A program made the translations under genes and the position numbers. The notes beneath the pieces are model-generated. The model did not search any database. It was not told the origin of the DNA and worked only from the letters and a program-made list of their open reading frames with translations. Shown here one piece after another: positions 11,972 through 23,687 of a DNA stretch of 64,000 bases (position 1 is its first letter; every line of letters starts with the position of its first letter). This stretch comes from Lama guanicoe (Eukaryota), in contig MU053379.1 in the NCBI GenBank assembly GCA_013239625.1, forward strand, positions 4,545,229 through 4,609,228, read 5' to 3'.

Positions 11972-12420
11972 TGTTACCGAAACTCACGTCTGGCTGCTCC
12001 CTGCTCAGAGCCAATACAAAGAGAGGCGCCTGTAAGTAGAAAGGAAAATTTGCTGTATTTCGGAGGCCGGCAGGGGGGTGGGGGTGGGCTTCTGCCAAAA
12101 GCCCACTCCCCGCTGCCAATCAGTTGGCGAGAGTTTCAAAGGGGAGTTTCGGGGTGCACAGGTGGAGGGAGGGGGCTGCTTGCCGAACAGGACAGTCAGC
12201 GCCAACAGTCCTGCTGAGACTGGTCGTGCGGTGTCTGACCAGCGTCATCTTGATTAAGTACAGTTAATCTTCAGTTCCAGGGTCGGTTTGTTCCCACTTC
12301 TTTGAGGCCAATTCTCCGAACTGCAGCAGCTGATGTCATGGCTACAGCCTGGTCATCATGTAGTTAGCTTTTCCCACCCGGTGGGGGTTTCAGTACCCAC
12401 AGTGCCCAGGAGGGTGTGGA
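11972..12420 (-). mobile_element. ERV1-type LTR remnant
   Basis: Starts TGTTACCGAAAC. Contains AGTACAGTTAATCTTCAGTTCCAGGGTCGGTTTGTTCCC and GTCATGGCTACAGCCTGGTCATCATGTAGTTA, typical of laurasiatherian ERV1 LTRs. End approximate. Confidence 0.6.
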
Positions 12421-12679
12421 GGTGAGGTGGTCAGGCAGTAAAGGCTAGATCCCTGGGCTTCTGCAAGAGGCTGCCCCATCTGCCCCCAATACCTTAGGAA
12501 CCACACTTCTCAGGGTTCACTTCTGGATTCGTACAAACCAGACATGGAACTTTTAGGATGTTATTTAATCGCACCTTCTCTGGTTCTTTTCTGATGTTTA
12601 TTTACCTGGTCTGACAGGAGATAGCGCCTCTGTTCTGTAGCTAGGAAGGCGTGTGGTCTGGGTAGAGGTCTCCTGTGGA

Positions 12680-12812
12680 GGTTCGAAGCTGGCTCTATCT
12701 TGCACTGTGTGACCTTGGGTAAGTAGGCTAAACTTCCCGTGCCTCAGTTTCCTCATCTGTATAATGGGAGGGGGTGATAATACCACTTCAGATTTTGTGA
12801 GAAGTGACTAAC
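12680..12812 (+). mobile_element. MIR SINE
   Basis: Core CTGTGTGACCTTGGGTAAGT...GTGCCTCAGTTTCCTCATCTGTATAATGGG. Confidence 0.85.
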
Positions 12813-13699
12813 ACCAGTGACAGAGGGTGGTGGCTCACCCTCTGTAACCATGAAGCACATTCTGTTCTTATTGAGACTTGGAACCAGAATGGGAAAGTTT
12901 GCAGGGAGGAGATGCGTTTGCAGGAGGAGGTTGGGGACCTGGATGGAGGGCAAGAGCCGTCCTTATACTGCAGAAAGAGTAAACTGTCAGCCCGTGCACC
13001 TGGGCATGAGCCCCGGTCTCCAGCAACTCAGATGGATTCTGGAAATCCTCCCGAGAAGGAGCATGACTGCAGGACCTACATCCAGGGAAAGCCGGAGGGA
13101 GAAAGGGCCAACAGGTGTGTGAGGAGGGCGGGGCTGTTCAGGAACCATCAGAACTCATATTTTTTAGATGCAGCAGAAAGTAGAGATTATGTGTAGGCTT
13201 GTACAAATCAGAAGCTAGAAAGTAGAGTGGGAAAGGTGGTGGAACTGCTTTGTCCTGTTTGGGCTTCACTGAAACCAGTGCTGACTCACTTCCCTGAGGC
13301 CACTGGCTTCTGTGCTGACCGCACCCAGAAAGGGCAGGTGGGCGCAGTGCCAGGTTCACTGGAGGTGGCAGGAAGGGCCCCTAGAACGTGCCCTACCTGG
13401 AGGAGGAGCAGGGCCTGGGCCAGCTGCCCTCTGCCACATGGCCTGCAGGCTCGCTGGCCCTAGGCTCCTTCCACCAGTGACATCGTGTGTGTCAGGGCGA
13501 GGCCTTCTATTCTGTGATGGACTTGAGAACTTAACAGCCCGAAACACATAAGCTGATGGATGGTTAACTACAGTTATTTCCAATCACTCCGTTCTGGCTA
13601 CTCCCTTCCCCTACTGCCCTGACCCAAGGGAAAAGAGGCTGCCCGAGGCCTCCTCGCTAGACCCTCACCCAGGCCCTGCTCCCCGGGACCAGGGCGTCG

Positions 13700-15200
13700 T
13701 TGGTTCACACAGCATCCCAGCCGTTTCCGGCGGATGCTTTACGGACCGTGTCAGAGACAGTAAGGAGGGTTGTTTAATACGACGACTGAGCAGAGGATCT
13801 GCCTCGTTTCTGGACCGGAAGATACGGGGTGGGATACGCGAGTGACAGGTCCGCGAACCGCGAGTGTGCCTGGGTCTGCTGGACATCTGGGAGAAATGGG
13901 GACAAACGGACGCTCCGAGCTGCGATGTCAACCCTCCAGGCTGCGACGACGCGTTCCCAACTCGGACGCGAGGCCTCCGCCGGTGCCCGGCGGTCACCGA
14001 CGGCGCGCACACACCCGGAAGCGGCGGCTCCAGCCCGAAGCTCGCAGGATCTCTGAGCACATACGGCTCCGGCTCCGCTCTTAACTGCCCGCTTGCCGCG
14101 TACCGACACCGCACCGCGCCGCTCCAGCTCAGCCCACCGCTGCCTGCGGCACGTGGCAGCGCCCCGCCCACCTCCGGGGCCGCCCCCCACTTCCGGGGAC
14201 CCGCCTGCCCACTTCTGCCCCGCCCGCTCACTTCCGGGTGCCCGCCCCGCCCTCTCCCAGGGGCCGCCCACCCGCTGTCCTGCCCTCGGGTAGAGGCTGG
14301 GGAGGAGCCAGTACGTGACCGCGCGCCCGGTAGGTCGCGCGCCTTCCTTGGGGGGCGCCCACCCTGCCCCCTCCGCGTTGCGAGAGGCGCCGAGTCGGAG
14401 TCGCAGTTTCCCACGCAGGCGCAGACTTGGCTCGCTATGGGTGACGCAATTTGCGCAGTCGGTCCAACGCACGGCCGCAGCGTGCGACGGATCACGTAAC
14501 TTCCCTGCCTCCGCAGTCGGACGTGCGCGCGCAGGACAGCCCACCGACAGGGGGCGGGGCCAGGCTCGCAGCAACCAATCAGCGTCCCCCTCTCCGCGCC
14601 GCCCCGCCCCTGTCCGTCCGTCGGTCCCAGGGCCTGGTCCTCGGAAGCGCGGTGGCGGCGGCCGGGTGGTGGGTGCGCGGCCCGCGGGGCGGGGGGCGCG
14701 GAGGGCCGGCGGCGGGCGCTGCCTGGGCTCCGATTCGGCCGGGAGGCCTCCGGGGAGTCGGGACTGGGCCGGGCCGGCCGGCGGGCGTGGGGAGAGGAGG
14801 CCACCTGCGGCCATTTCCCCGCCGGCCGCGGGCGCTGTCCTCCGGCCGGCGGCCTCTGAGGGGCTGGCCGCGCAGGTGAGGCCGGCCTCCGGGCCGCGGG
14901 CCGCGCGGAGGCGGGGCGGGGGCGGGGCCGGCGGGCCTGGAGGAGGGGCAGGTGCGAGAGCGCCGCGGGGAGCGTCTGCGCCGGGTCCGGACCGGGCGGC
15001 GGGAGGGCGGCGCGGTGCGCGGGGACCCGGCCGCTCCCGTGACCTTGTCAGCGCGCCCGTGAAGCGGCGGGGCAGCCCCAGGACGGCCTGTCAGCCGCCC
15101 GCACGGAGCCGCCTGCCGTTCGGAGGGGCCCAGGTCTCCGCTCGGGGGACACGGGCCGCAGCGCGGCCCGGGGAACGGTGACCCCGGGTAGGAGGGGTTT
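13700..15200 (+). promoter_or_regulatory. GZF1: CpG island / GZF1 promoter
   Basis: Very CpG-rich. SP/ETS array at 14161-14250, TGACGCAAT at 14442, GC box at 14551, CCAAT at 14575. Confidence 0.88.
14600..14875 (+). other. GZF1: GZF1 non-coding exon 1 (start approximate), donor CAG|GTGAGG
   Basis: Strong donor at 14875/14876. Matching acceptor TTTTGTTTTCAAAG| at 15719, upstream of the ATG. Confidence 0.65.
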
Positions 15201-15740
15201 CGGGGTTGGAAGTGGCCATGGATCCTGGGCTACTTTTCCAAGAAGTTTTGTTCATGGAAAGAGCTATCTATTTAGTTGGCTGTTTCAGACGCTGACGGCA
15301 TCCTCTAAGGGTTGCTCTCAGACGGTGGCTGCCAATGTATTTTGATTATTTGGTTTTCTGGTCAAAGTAGACATTTATTGTTGCTATAAATCCTGTTAGT
15401 TTGGGGGCTTTGGGGCTATGAGCAAACTAGAAAATGATTCAGATAAACAAATGACTCCTTTAATGTATTTCATTAATTTTAACTTTATTGCTGGTGGAAA
15501 TGTCAGACTACGTTTTCATGCTCCTATCTTAGGAAAGTGCACCAGGGCTTCAGAAACGTGCTTAGTGGCATGTGATTTGAATCTGTGTATGAGAAAAGTT
15601 AGATTTAGGTTATTAATCAGTGTAAATCCTCTGAAGAACTGAAGTAATCCTCAGAGTTTCTAATCCTTTTACTTCCATGGTTGCTCATGCACGAATAATT
15701 CTTGCTTTTGTTTTCAAAGCTATTTCTGGGAAGAAGAAAC

Positions 15741-17110
15741 ATGGAAAGTGGTGCGGTTCTGCTGGAATCCAAGTCCTCACCCTTTAACCTTCTGCGTGAG
15801 ATGCACCAGCTCCGCCTTCTGGGTCACCTGTGCGACGTGACTGTCAGCGTGGAGTACCAGGGTGTCCGTGAGGAATTCATGGCCCACAAGGCAGTGCTGG
15901 CTGCCACCAGCAAGTTTTTTAAGGAAGTGTTCCTTAACGAGAAGACTGTGGATGGTGCCAGGACTAATGTCTACTTAGACGAAGTGCAGGTTGCTGACTT
16001 TGCTTCTTTTCTTGAGTTTGTCTACACCGCAAAGGTGCAGGTGGAGGAAGACCGGGTGCCGCGAATGCTGGAGATGGCCGACAGGCTGAAGTGCTTGGAC
16101 TTGTCCGAAACTTGCTTTCAGTTGAAGAAACAAATGTTAGAGTCTGTACTTCTGGAGTTGCAGAATTTCTCGGAGTCTCAGGAGGCAGAAGGGAGCGGTG
16201 GCTCCCTGGTCACTGCTGCCACCGTCCCCGACCCTCGGGAAGGGGTGGCTGTGGATGGCCCTCTCGCCAACGGCCTGGCAGGCTCCCCAGATCCCCCGAG
16301 CGAGAGGGTGAGCAGTGGCGTGCCGCCAGGCGCGTGCCCGAGGAAACCCAAGGACAAGCCGGACAAGAGAAGAGAGGCCGCCAAGCCTCCCTACCCTAAG
16401 GTCAGGAGGGCGAGCGGGAGGCTGGCTGGGAGAAAGGTGTTTGTGGAAATCCCTAAAAAGAAGTATACCCGGAGGCTCCGCGAGCAGCAGAAGGGAGTGG
16501 AGGAGGCCGGGGAGGACCCCGGGTGCCCCCGAGACCCCAGCCCGGACACCGTGGCGACAGAGAAGGAGCTGGTGACCAAAGACGAGGACGGCAGTGCTGG
16601 GGCGGAGGCTGAGGGAGAGCTGCCGAGGGCGGGGCCCGGGGAGGAGGAAGAGGAGGAGGAGGACGGGGCCGCGGTGGGGGCGAGGAGGAGCGGCTTCCAG
16701 TGCACCGTCTGCGAGAAGGCCTTCCTGTACGAGAAGAGCTTCCTGAAGCACGTGCGGCACCACCACGGCGTGGCCACCGAGGTGGTCCACCGCTGCGACA
16801 CCTGCGGCCAGACCTTCGCCAACCGCTGCAACCTGCGGGGCCACCAGCGCCACGTGCACAGCAGTGAGCGCCACTTCCCCTGCGAGCTGTGCGGGAAGAA
16901 GTTCAAGCGGAAGAAGGACGTGAAGCGGCACGTGGTGCAGGTGCACGAGGGCGGCGGCGAGCGGCACCAGTGCCAGCAGTGCGGGAAGGGCCTGAGCTCC
17001 AAGACGGCACTGCGGCTGCACGAGCGCACGCACACGGGCCACAAGCCCTACGGCTGCACCGAGTGCCAGGCCAGGTTCTCGCAGCCCTCGGCTCTGAAGA
17101 CCCACATGAG
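15741..17110 (+). CDS. GZF1: GZF1 coding exon 1: BTB domain, linker, ZF1-5
   Basis: MESGAVLLESKSSPFNLL...LCDVTVSV...AHKAVLAATSKFF. C2H2 fingers. Donor AG|GTAGGG. Confidence 0.97.
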
Positions 17111-18069
17111 GTAGGGCGGCCCGCGGCCCTGGAACAGGCTGGCGGGCCCGGCCAGTGTGGCCGCACTGCTCAGGGGCCCTCACTAGTCTGTTCGCGCTCC
17201 CAGTCGGGAGGCTGCTTTCAGACCCCTGGATTCTCTTTCCCGGCAGAGATGCCAGGAGGTGGCTCCCTGGGCACAGGAAGTGTCGCCAGGCCCCACTGCT
17301 GGCCTCCTGCTGCCCCCTTGTCCCAACCACCTCAGTCAGGTGACACTTTTCTGGGCTTGGAGAGTACCTGCTGCCATTTAGTCTAAACTCCAGAGTTAGG
17401 ACAGTGATCTCTGGTCCCTGATTTTTGAACATCCAGTTTTTAAATAAGTTCCCTTATGGTGCTCAGTGTTTATGCCTGAAATGCAGACAGAACAGGTTTC
17501 TGCTCCCGACCTACCCTCAAACCTGGGCCAAGGCTGGTGGCGGGGTGGTCACCGTCCCATTAGTGCCATTGAACTGCCTGGTCCAGGAAGGGCTCAGTGA
17601 ACTGTGGTGGCGGCCACTGCACTCACCTTGCCGTGAAGTGAGGTGCTGACGCAGGCGCCCTGGGGACCAGCACAGCCAGCACGTTGGGAGCAGTTCTTTC
17701 TAGACGGCTTATGTCACTTGGGAGAGGATGGTAAACATTTTGATCACATGGTGGTTTGTCAGCAATGGTCCCTACGGGGTTTGTGGGAGATCAGTTTCAA
17801 TGGGGAAGCTTTACAGACCTTAGTGTCTTAAACAGCGTGCAGAGGCGTGGTCCCTGTCCACATGTGTCTGGCGACAGCCCGAACCGTGAGGCCGGCGTGG
17901 GTGGAGGCTCTGCGTCTGGTGGGGACATGGCGGTGTCGGCCTTGTGCAGAAGCAGACTCGGGGTGGCAGTCCTGGGCCTCTCACTTCCGGTCCTTCTCAC
18001 TGGGGTGCCCGGGGTAAACCGGCTTCACGAGTGAGGGTGGAAAGTGTGTTATTACAAAGTGAGCTTTGA

Positions 18070-18264
<195 letters not shown>

Positions 18265-19220
18265 TGATCTCGCAGCTGGCATCGGCCCAGCGGTCTGGTC
18301 AGAGCAGCGATGTCGCCCTCCCACCTCGTGAGTGAGCACGAGTGAGCCAGCGCACGGGCCCGCCGCCACGGCCTTGCACACGGAGGCGCTGGGGTGCAGG
18401 GGTGCCGACGGGCCTGACTGACGGAGCCCACGTCCCCGCGGGCCTTTCTCAGAGACGTTGCTCAGAATGTGGGGGAAGCTCTGTGCTGTTACCCTCTCCT
18501 TGCTGTCTCTGGGAACAGCCGGACTGTCCAGCCCCAAGGAAGAGGGTCAGTAAGTGGGTAGGTGCCCCTGCCGTCCCGTCCACGACCAGGCCGTCGGAGG
18601 AAGGTCTCCGAACGCGAACGGCACCTGGGCTCGGATGGCGAGTTGGAGGCGCACGACTAAGCACACGGTTAACCCCAGCCTTACTGAACACCTGCACGTG
18701 AAAGACGAAAAGAAAGTAACTCGCTGCACGATGCGTTAGGGAGGTGGAATCACCTGCTTTTCCCGAATCTCTGTGGTAGAGTTGTGTCCCGTGAGGGAGG
18801 CCACGCGGGCTGTCTTCTGATTCCGCGCAGGGCTCCTGAGGCTCAGAGCCCTGTGCGCGAGAGCGGGAGTGCACACAGCCTAGCTGCCCTGTGCTGTGGC
18901 TGTCACACTAAGCCAGGTCCTCACCCCCTGCACGGAGGAGTTCTTCCTTCTAATTCTAAGCACTGTCACCTGAGCCTCGAGTTCCAACTCGGGCGAGGCG
19001 GACGAGCCACTGACGTGAACTGAATGATCAGAGTGAGCAGACCCGGGCTCCTGTGGGAGACGAGCAGCCTGAGGCCACCACACTGAAGGGATAAGTTAGA
19101 GTCAGTTGTTTGATGGAAATGAAAATATACTTGGGTTTTATTACCGCTAGTGTGTTTGGACGACTGTGCAGTCGGGCCCCCTGACAGGAGTCTGACTGTG
19201 GGGCTCAGGGCCCAGACCGC

Positions 19221-19260
19221 GCGCCCTGGAAGGCGGGTGTGCGCCCTGGAAGGCGAGTGT
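19221..19260. repeat. 20-bp tandem duplication GCGCCCTGGAAGGCGRGTGT x2
   Basis: Two copies, one mismatch. Confidence 0.85.
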
Positions 19261-19546
19261 CCCCCCTGGGCACCCCCCCCCCGGCGGGCTGGGAGCTGCT
19301 ACTCAGGGCAGCCGGGCTTGTCCAGCATGACCCCCACCCCTCTGGGAGGAGCACCGTGAGGAGTCCAGCTCCTCCACCAGGCAGGCTGGAAAACCGGCTC
19401 TTGTCTGGAAGGGCTGAATTTCTGGCGTGAGCTGGGCGAAGGCTCTGACCTGTGGCGCCGTCCTTGGGCTCTCCGCGGACGCGCCGCAGCAACTTTCAGC
19501 AAGCAGCAGGGGCTGGGCGTGAACAAGTGTTTGTGCTTTATAATAG

Positions 19547-19625
19547 TTTATTTATTTTAATGGAGGGACCTGGGATCAAACCAGACCTCGTGCACGCTAA
19601 GCATGTGCTCTGCAACCTCCCCCTT
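19547..19625 (-). mobile_element. tRNA-Ala-derived SINE (vic-1-like), partial
   Basis: Reverse strand reads GCAGAGCACATGCTTAGCGTGCACGAGGTCTGGTTTGATCCCAGGTCCCTCCATTAAAATAAATAAA. Confidence 0.75.
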
Positions 19626-19769
19626 TTGATACTTTCAACTAGAAAATGTAGCCTGCTGCCCGCCAAGACACCTCGTGGGGGCTCCCGTGGGGCTGGAGGT
19701 GAACCCGGTCTCCCTGCGTGCTCCAGCGCCTGCATCATTGCTGACGGTGTGTTTCCTCTCTTCCTGCAG

Positions 19770-19937
19770 GTGAAAGACCTTTTATGTGTGAGACGTGTGG
19801 CAAGAGTTTCGCTTCCAAGGAGTATTTAAAACACCACAATAGAATCCATACTGGGTCCAAACCCTTTAAATGTGAAGTTTGTTTCAGGACTTTTGCGCAG
19901 CGGAACTCACTTTACCAACACATTAAAGTCCATACAG
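19770..19937 (+). CDS. GZF1: GZF1 coding exon 3 (ZF7-8)
   Basis: CCTGCAG|(G)ERPFMCETCGKSFASKEYLKHHNRIHTGSKPFKCEVC...HIKVHT G|GTGAGG. Confidence 0.96.
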
Positions 19938-20333
19938 GTGAGGCTGGCAGTCGCAGAGGGGGCTGCGGGGCAGGAAGACACCCTGGAGGCGTTAGGTTTG
20001 CTAGAAAAGCACCCGGAGTTCACCTCTGTGTATCCTGATGGCATTTACAATTCCTGGGTTTCTGGTTCCTGGCTCTGACAAACTGAAAGGATATGAAGGT
20101 TGGAAGGTGGATGTGGGTGTGTGGCCATTCGGGGTGGTGGTCTGTCTGGATCAGCGGACATGCACGTGCACATCAGGGACTTGGGGCTTTACGTCCGGTC
20201 TGTGGAAGCCGGGCGCCGCCCGGAGCCGCCCCGCCGCGGTCGGCAGAGGCTGTGACCTCCCCGGCCAGCCTCGCCCTCCTCCGGGCCGGGTCCAGGCCGC
20301 AAGGCAGCCGGTCGCTGTGTCTCTTCCGTCCAG

Positions 20334-20491
20334 GGGAGCGTCCCTACTGCTGCGACCAGTGCGGGAAGCAGTTCACGCAGCTCAACGCCCTCCAGCGGCA
20401 CCACCGCATCCACACGGGGGAGAAGCCATTCATGTGCAACGCGTGCGGACGGACGTTCACCGACAAGTCCACGCTGCGGCGGCACACCTCG
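20334..20491 (+). CDS. GZF1: GZF1 coding exon 4 (ZF9-10)
   Basis: TCCAG|(G)ERPYCCDQCGKQF...CNACGRTFTDKSTLRRHTS|GTAAGC. Confidence 0.96.
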
Positions 20492-20605
20492 GTAAGCCGG
20501 GGGAGGCCGGTCCGCGACGAGGGCCTGGTGGCCGGGGGCCTGACGGGCGTCGGGACCCGAGTGGCGGCGCTGCGGTCGGTGACTTGTGCTCTGTTTGGCC
20601 CGTAG

Positions 20606-20956
20606 GTCCATGATAGGAATACCCCATGGAAGTCTTTCCTTGTCATTGTAGATGGCTCCCCCAAGCAGGACGAGGGGCACAAGGCCGAGCGGCCCGACGG
20701 AGAGCACGCGCCGCCCCCGCTCCCGGGCACGCTGCTGTCTTTCGCGGAAAATGGCCGCTTCCACAACCTGGCCGCCGTCCAGGGCAGCGCACCTGCCGTG
20801 GCCGAGGACGGGCCTGCGGAGCCGGCCTGCAAGTCGGACGCGGCCGTGGGCCCCCAGGCCGCACTGCTGGCCGCCGCCGTCGGCGGGCTCAGTGAGCTGA
20901 CGCCCCAGCCAGACGCGGGGCCCGCCCAGCTGCGCGCTCTGACCGACGGGGAGTAG
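20606..20956 (+). CDS. GZF1: GZF1 last coding exon (total CDS 2142 nt, 713 aa)
   Basis: CGTAG|VHDRNTPWKSFLVIVDGSPK...LLSFAENG...LSELTPQ...TDGE*. Not reported by the ORF track in this frame. Confidence 0.93.
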   Translation, partial: VHDRNTPWKSFLVIVDGSPKQDEGHKAERPDGEHAPPPLPGTLLSFAENGRFHNLAAVQGSAPAVAEDGPAEPACKSDAAVGPQAALLAAAVGGLSELTPQPDAGPAQLRALTDGE

Positions 20957-21347
20957 CGCTCGGCCTTGCCGGGCCTGAGGGCTGGACCCGCAGTGACGTC
21001 GTGGCCAAGGAAGGAGCCGCAGGCCAAGCGGTGGGCAGGGACGGCTTAGGCGACCCTCCCGAGTCGTGCTGACGCGCACGCCTGTCGCACCGTCTCTGAA
21101 GCTTCCCCTTAGACGTCCTCACTGTGTGGTCTCTGTGACTTTGTCAATGAGGTGGCCGACGCAGTGACTTCGCTCAGTCCTGCTGTCATCACCCTGCTGC
21201 CTGTTGTCCAGACGTCCACAACGCTCGCTGCTTGGCTTCACCGCAGACACCGCACCCACCCGCTCCTGAAGCTGCCGCCGCCCCCTGGCCTCTCCCTGCC
21301 GCAGGCTTCCGTGTGGCCTCACTTCGGGTGTGTTCCTACCACGCTGA

Positions 21348-21353
21348 AATAAA
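21348..21353 (+). terminator. GZF1: GZF1 candidate proximal poly(A) signal AATAAA
   Basis: AATAAA with a T-rich downstream tract. Confidence 0.5.
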
Positions 21354-22415
21354 ACTGGGGCCGCGTATTTTCAGCTGTTTCTTTCCTGTCGAATTGAAGC
21401 AAATCAGCTCTATTCGGGGGTCGGAGGGGATGACGTGCCCCTCCCCACGCCTGCTCTGCAGGCGCTGAGCTGCACCCTAGGCAGTGGCTGCTCACAGCAT
21501 CTGTGGCTACAAGTGTCAGAAAATGGTGTTCGAAATGAAATGTGGCTGTTGGGTATCATTCCTAAAAATCTGATTAGGTAAAAGCTCTACCAAAGATGGT
21601 AGCAGGAAACAGCCTAGTTTTTGCAGAGGGGTGCGAAAAATTACGCAAGGGGCTTGAGCACTTGAGTTACTTTGTTCCCAAGTAGCGCCGAGGTGGCTGC
21701 GGCAAATGTAAGGACACAGGATGCTGGAATCTTGCTAGGTTTCTCTGACTTACTCTCTGCAATTTTGAGAAACCCAGATTGTCTCATTTTCACATCCAGG
21801 GCCTGACAGGCAAGTCCCAGGCCCCCATCTGTCCCCCTGGGAGCACCTGCGGATCTGCAGAAGGGACCAAAGGCTCGGCACACACTCCCCTGGGATCGTG
21901 CCTTACGTAACTTGCCTTACACGCGCCCGTCGCCCCAGGCTGGCCGCCTGCGGCCTGGGTCTCAGTCCCCTGGGAGGGCCGGTCGTGTGTGCAAAGTGCT
22001 TTGACTCATAGGGGACCCGGGAAACACGCTCACTTAGAAAAAGAATCCTTCTGTGTTCACTAGTTGTCTTGTATTTTAATTTATTAAACTTGCTGTGAAA
22101 ACACTTCCATTTTCTGAGAGAAAGGTACTTTTGCGTGAGTCCAGGGCAGTGACAGCCACAGAAACGCTGGGAGTGCCCAGGTCATGCTCGGGCCAGGTCA
22201 CTGCACCTCCCAGGACAGCGCTCCCCAGTGGCGTCTGCAGAACAGAAAATAGTGACTCTCACGCTTTATTCTCGCAGAGCCAGCCTGCCTGGCTGACGTA
22301 CTGTTCCATTGGGTGGACTCATCTTAACAAGAAATTTAAATAGATTATTTTGTTACCTACTGAAGAATTGTCTTTGTTTCTTTAGGAAGTCTACAAAAAT
22401 TTAGTTTAATGTGTT

Positions 22416-22421
22416 AATAAA
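22416..22421 (+). terminator. GZF1: GZF1 candidate distal poly(A) signal AATAAA
   Basis: AATAAA in an AT-rich block, followed by GT/T-rich sequence. Confidence 0.7.
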
Positions 22422-22928
22422 TGTTTGTTTTGTAAAAAGTTTGTAAGTATTTCCATTATTACAATGTAGGTTTTGTAGAAAGATTCCTGATTGAAACCAC
22501 TGCGGCCCCTGAGTCTCAGAGCCCAAGGACAGCCATCCCTCTGCAGACGGGCCGGTCCTCCAAGGCCATGGTCAGTCTGCAGCGCCGGGCTCCTCCAGCC
22601 ACGTTCACGGCTCGGTCCGCTTCCTGGGAGCAGAGGGCAGGGCTGCCCCCGAGAACAGGGAAATCCTGAAACCCTGTGGAGGACGCATCCTGGGTGTCTC
22701 CTGTGTCTCCCCGTCCAGGTGCCGTGTTGCTGGTGATGGTCGCCCTGATCCTGGAGGCGGGGAAGCGCTCAGTGCCGCCCGGGGCCTCAGGACAGGTGAT
22801 GTCACACCTTCCCGCCATCGCGAGGGTGACGCATTCAGCCTAGACGCCCAAGCTCTGCTGCCTTTGCTTGTAACCAAAACTGTACAGTTTGGGGGAAGAA
22901 AGGCCACGGGGTGGGGGGAAGCAGCACT

Positions 22929-22934
22929 TTTATT
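22929..22934 (-). terminator. NAPB: NAPB candidate distal poly(A) signal
   Basis: TTTATT on the + strand, giving a 3' UTR of about 2.8 kb. Confidence 0.65.
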
Positions 22935-23681
22935 GGTTCTGCTGCAGCTGATGAACTCAACCAACAAATGTGATCCATCTGTTACATTTTATTCTCACCT
23001 GTTAGACTGTATACTTTGCTACATGGGTACGTTTCTGAGACCAAACGGGTGTCTGTCTCCAAAACGTGATACTGTTCCTGTCACTTAAAGTAACATTATT
23101 TCAGGCAAAAGGCCTTTTGTCCACAGGCACAAAGACAGGCCTGTAGAGGCAGGCTGGTAGGGACAGACGGACGCGGGCACAGGCCACCCGTGTGCCCCTC
23201 CCCCAGCCGGCCTTGGGAACCAGCGCGTCCTCCACGGGTCCGCACAGGACTGGACTGGCGTGAGGCCTGCAGGCCCGGGTTTTAACTAGCCCACAGTGGG
23301 AGACTCTGAGGAGAGACGTTTGAATGAGAGAGACCTGGAACCCCCACCACTTGGCTGAATTCCTAGACGGGGTGGCCTCTTAGTCCACTTTGACTTTGCT
23401 CTGAATTGTCAGCGGGGCGTGAACAAGGCCCCGGGACGGGGCGGGTCCGCCCGGGGAGACACCAGGTGTCCTCAGAGCCCCGCTCCCTCAGGTGCAGGCG
23501 AGGCTTCCGAGCCAGCGGCAGGCCTGCAGAGCTGGGGGCGGGCTGGGTGGGTGTTCCCGGGCCCGAGACCACCCCTGACCACTGCCCTCCACCCGGTGGG
23601 GACAACCTCCAGGACAGGAAGCCACCCCAACCTGTGCAGTCCAGCCAGGAAGGACTCCGACACACTGCTGGTAACTTCCAC

Positions 23682-23687
23682 TTTATT
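23682..23687 (-). terminator. NAPB: NAPB candidate proximal poly(A) signal
   Basis: TTTATT on the + strand. Confidence 0.45.

Noticed and set aside
13665-15181. Long ORFs (379, 346, 288 aa) on both strands
   Set aside because: GZF1 promoter CpG island. Low-complexity translations in several frames at once.
16137-17432. 431-aa antisense ORF over GZF1
   Set aside because: Mirror frame of a high-GC3 coding exon, with a non-ATG start.
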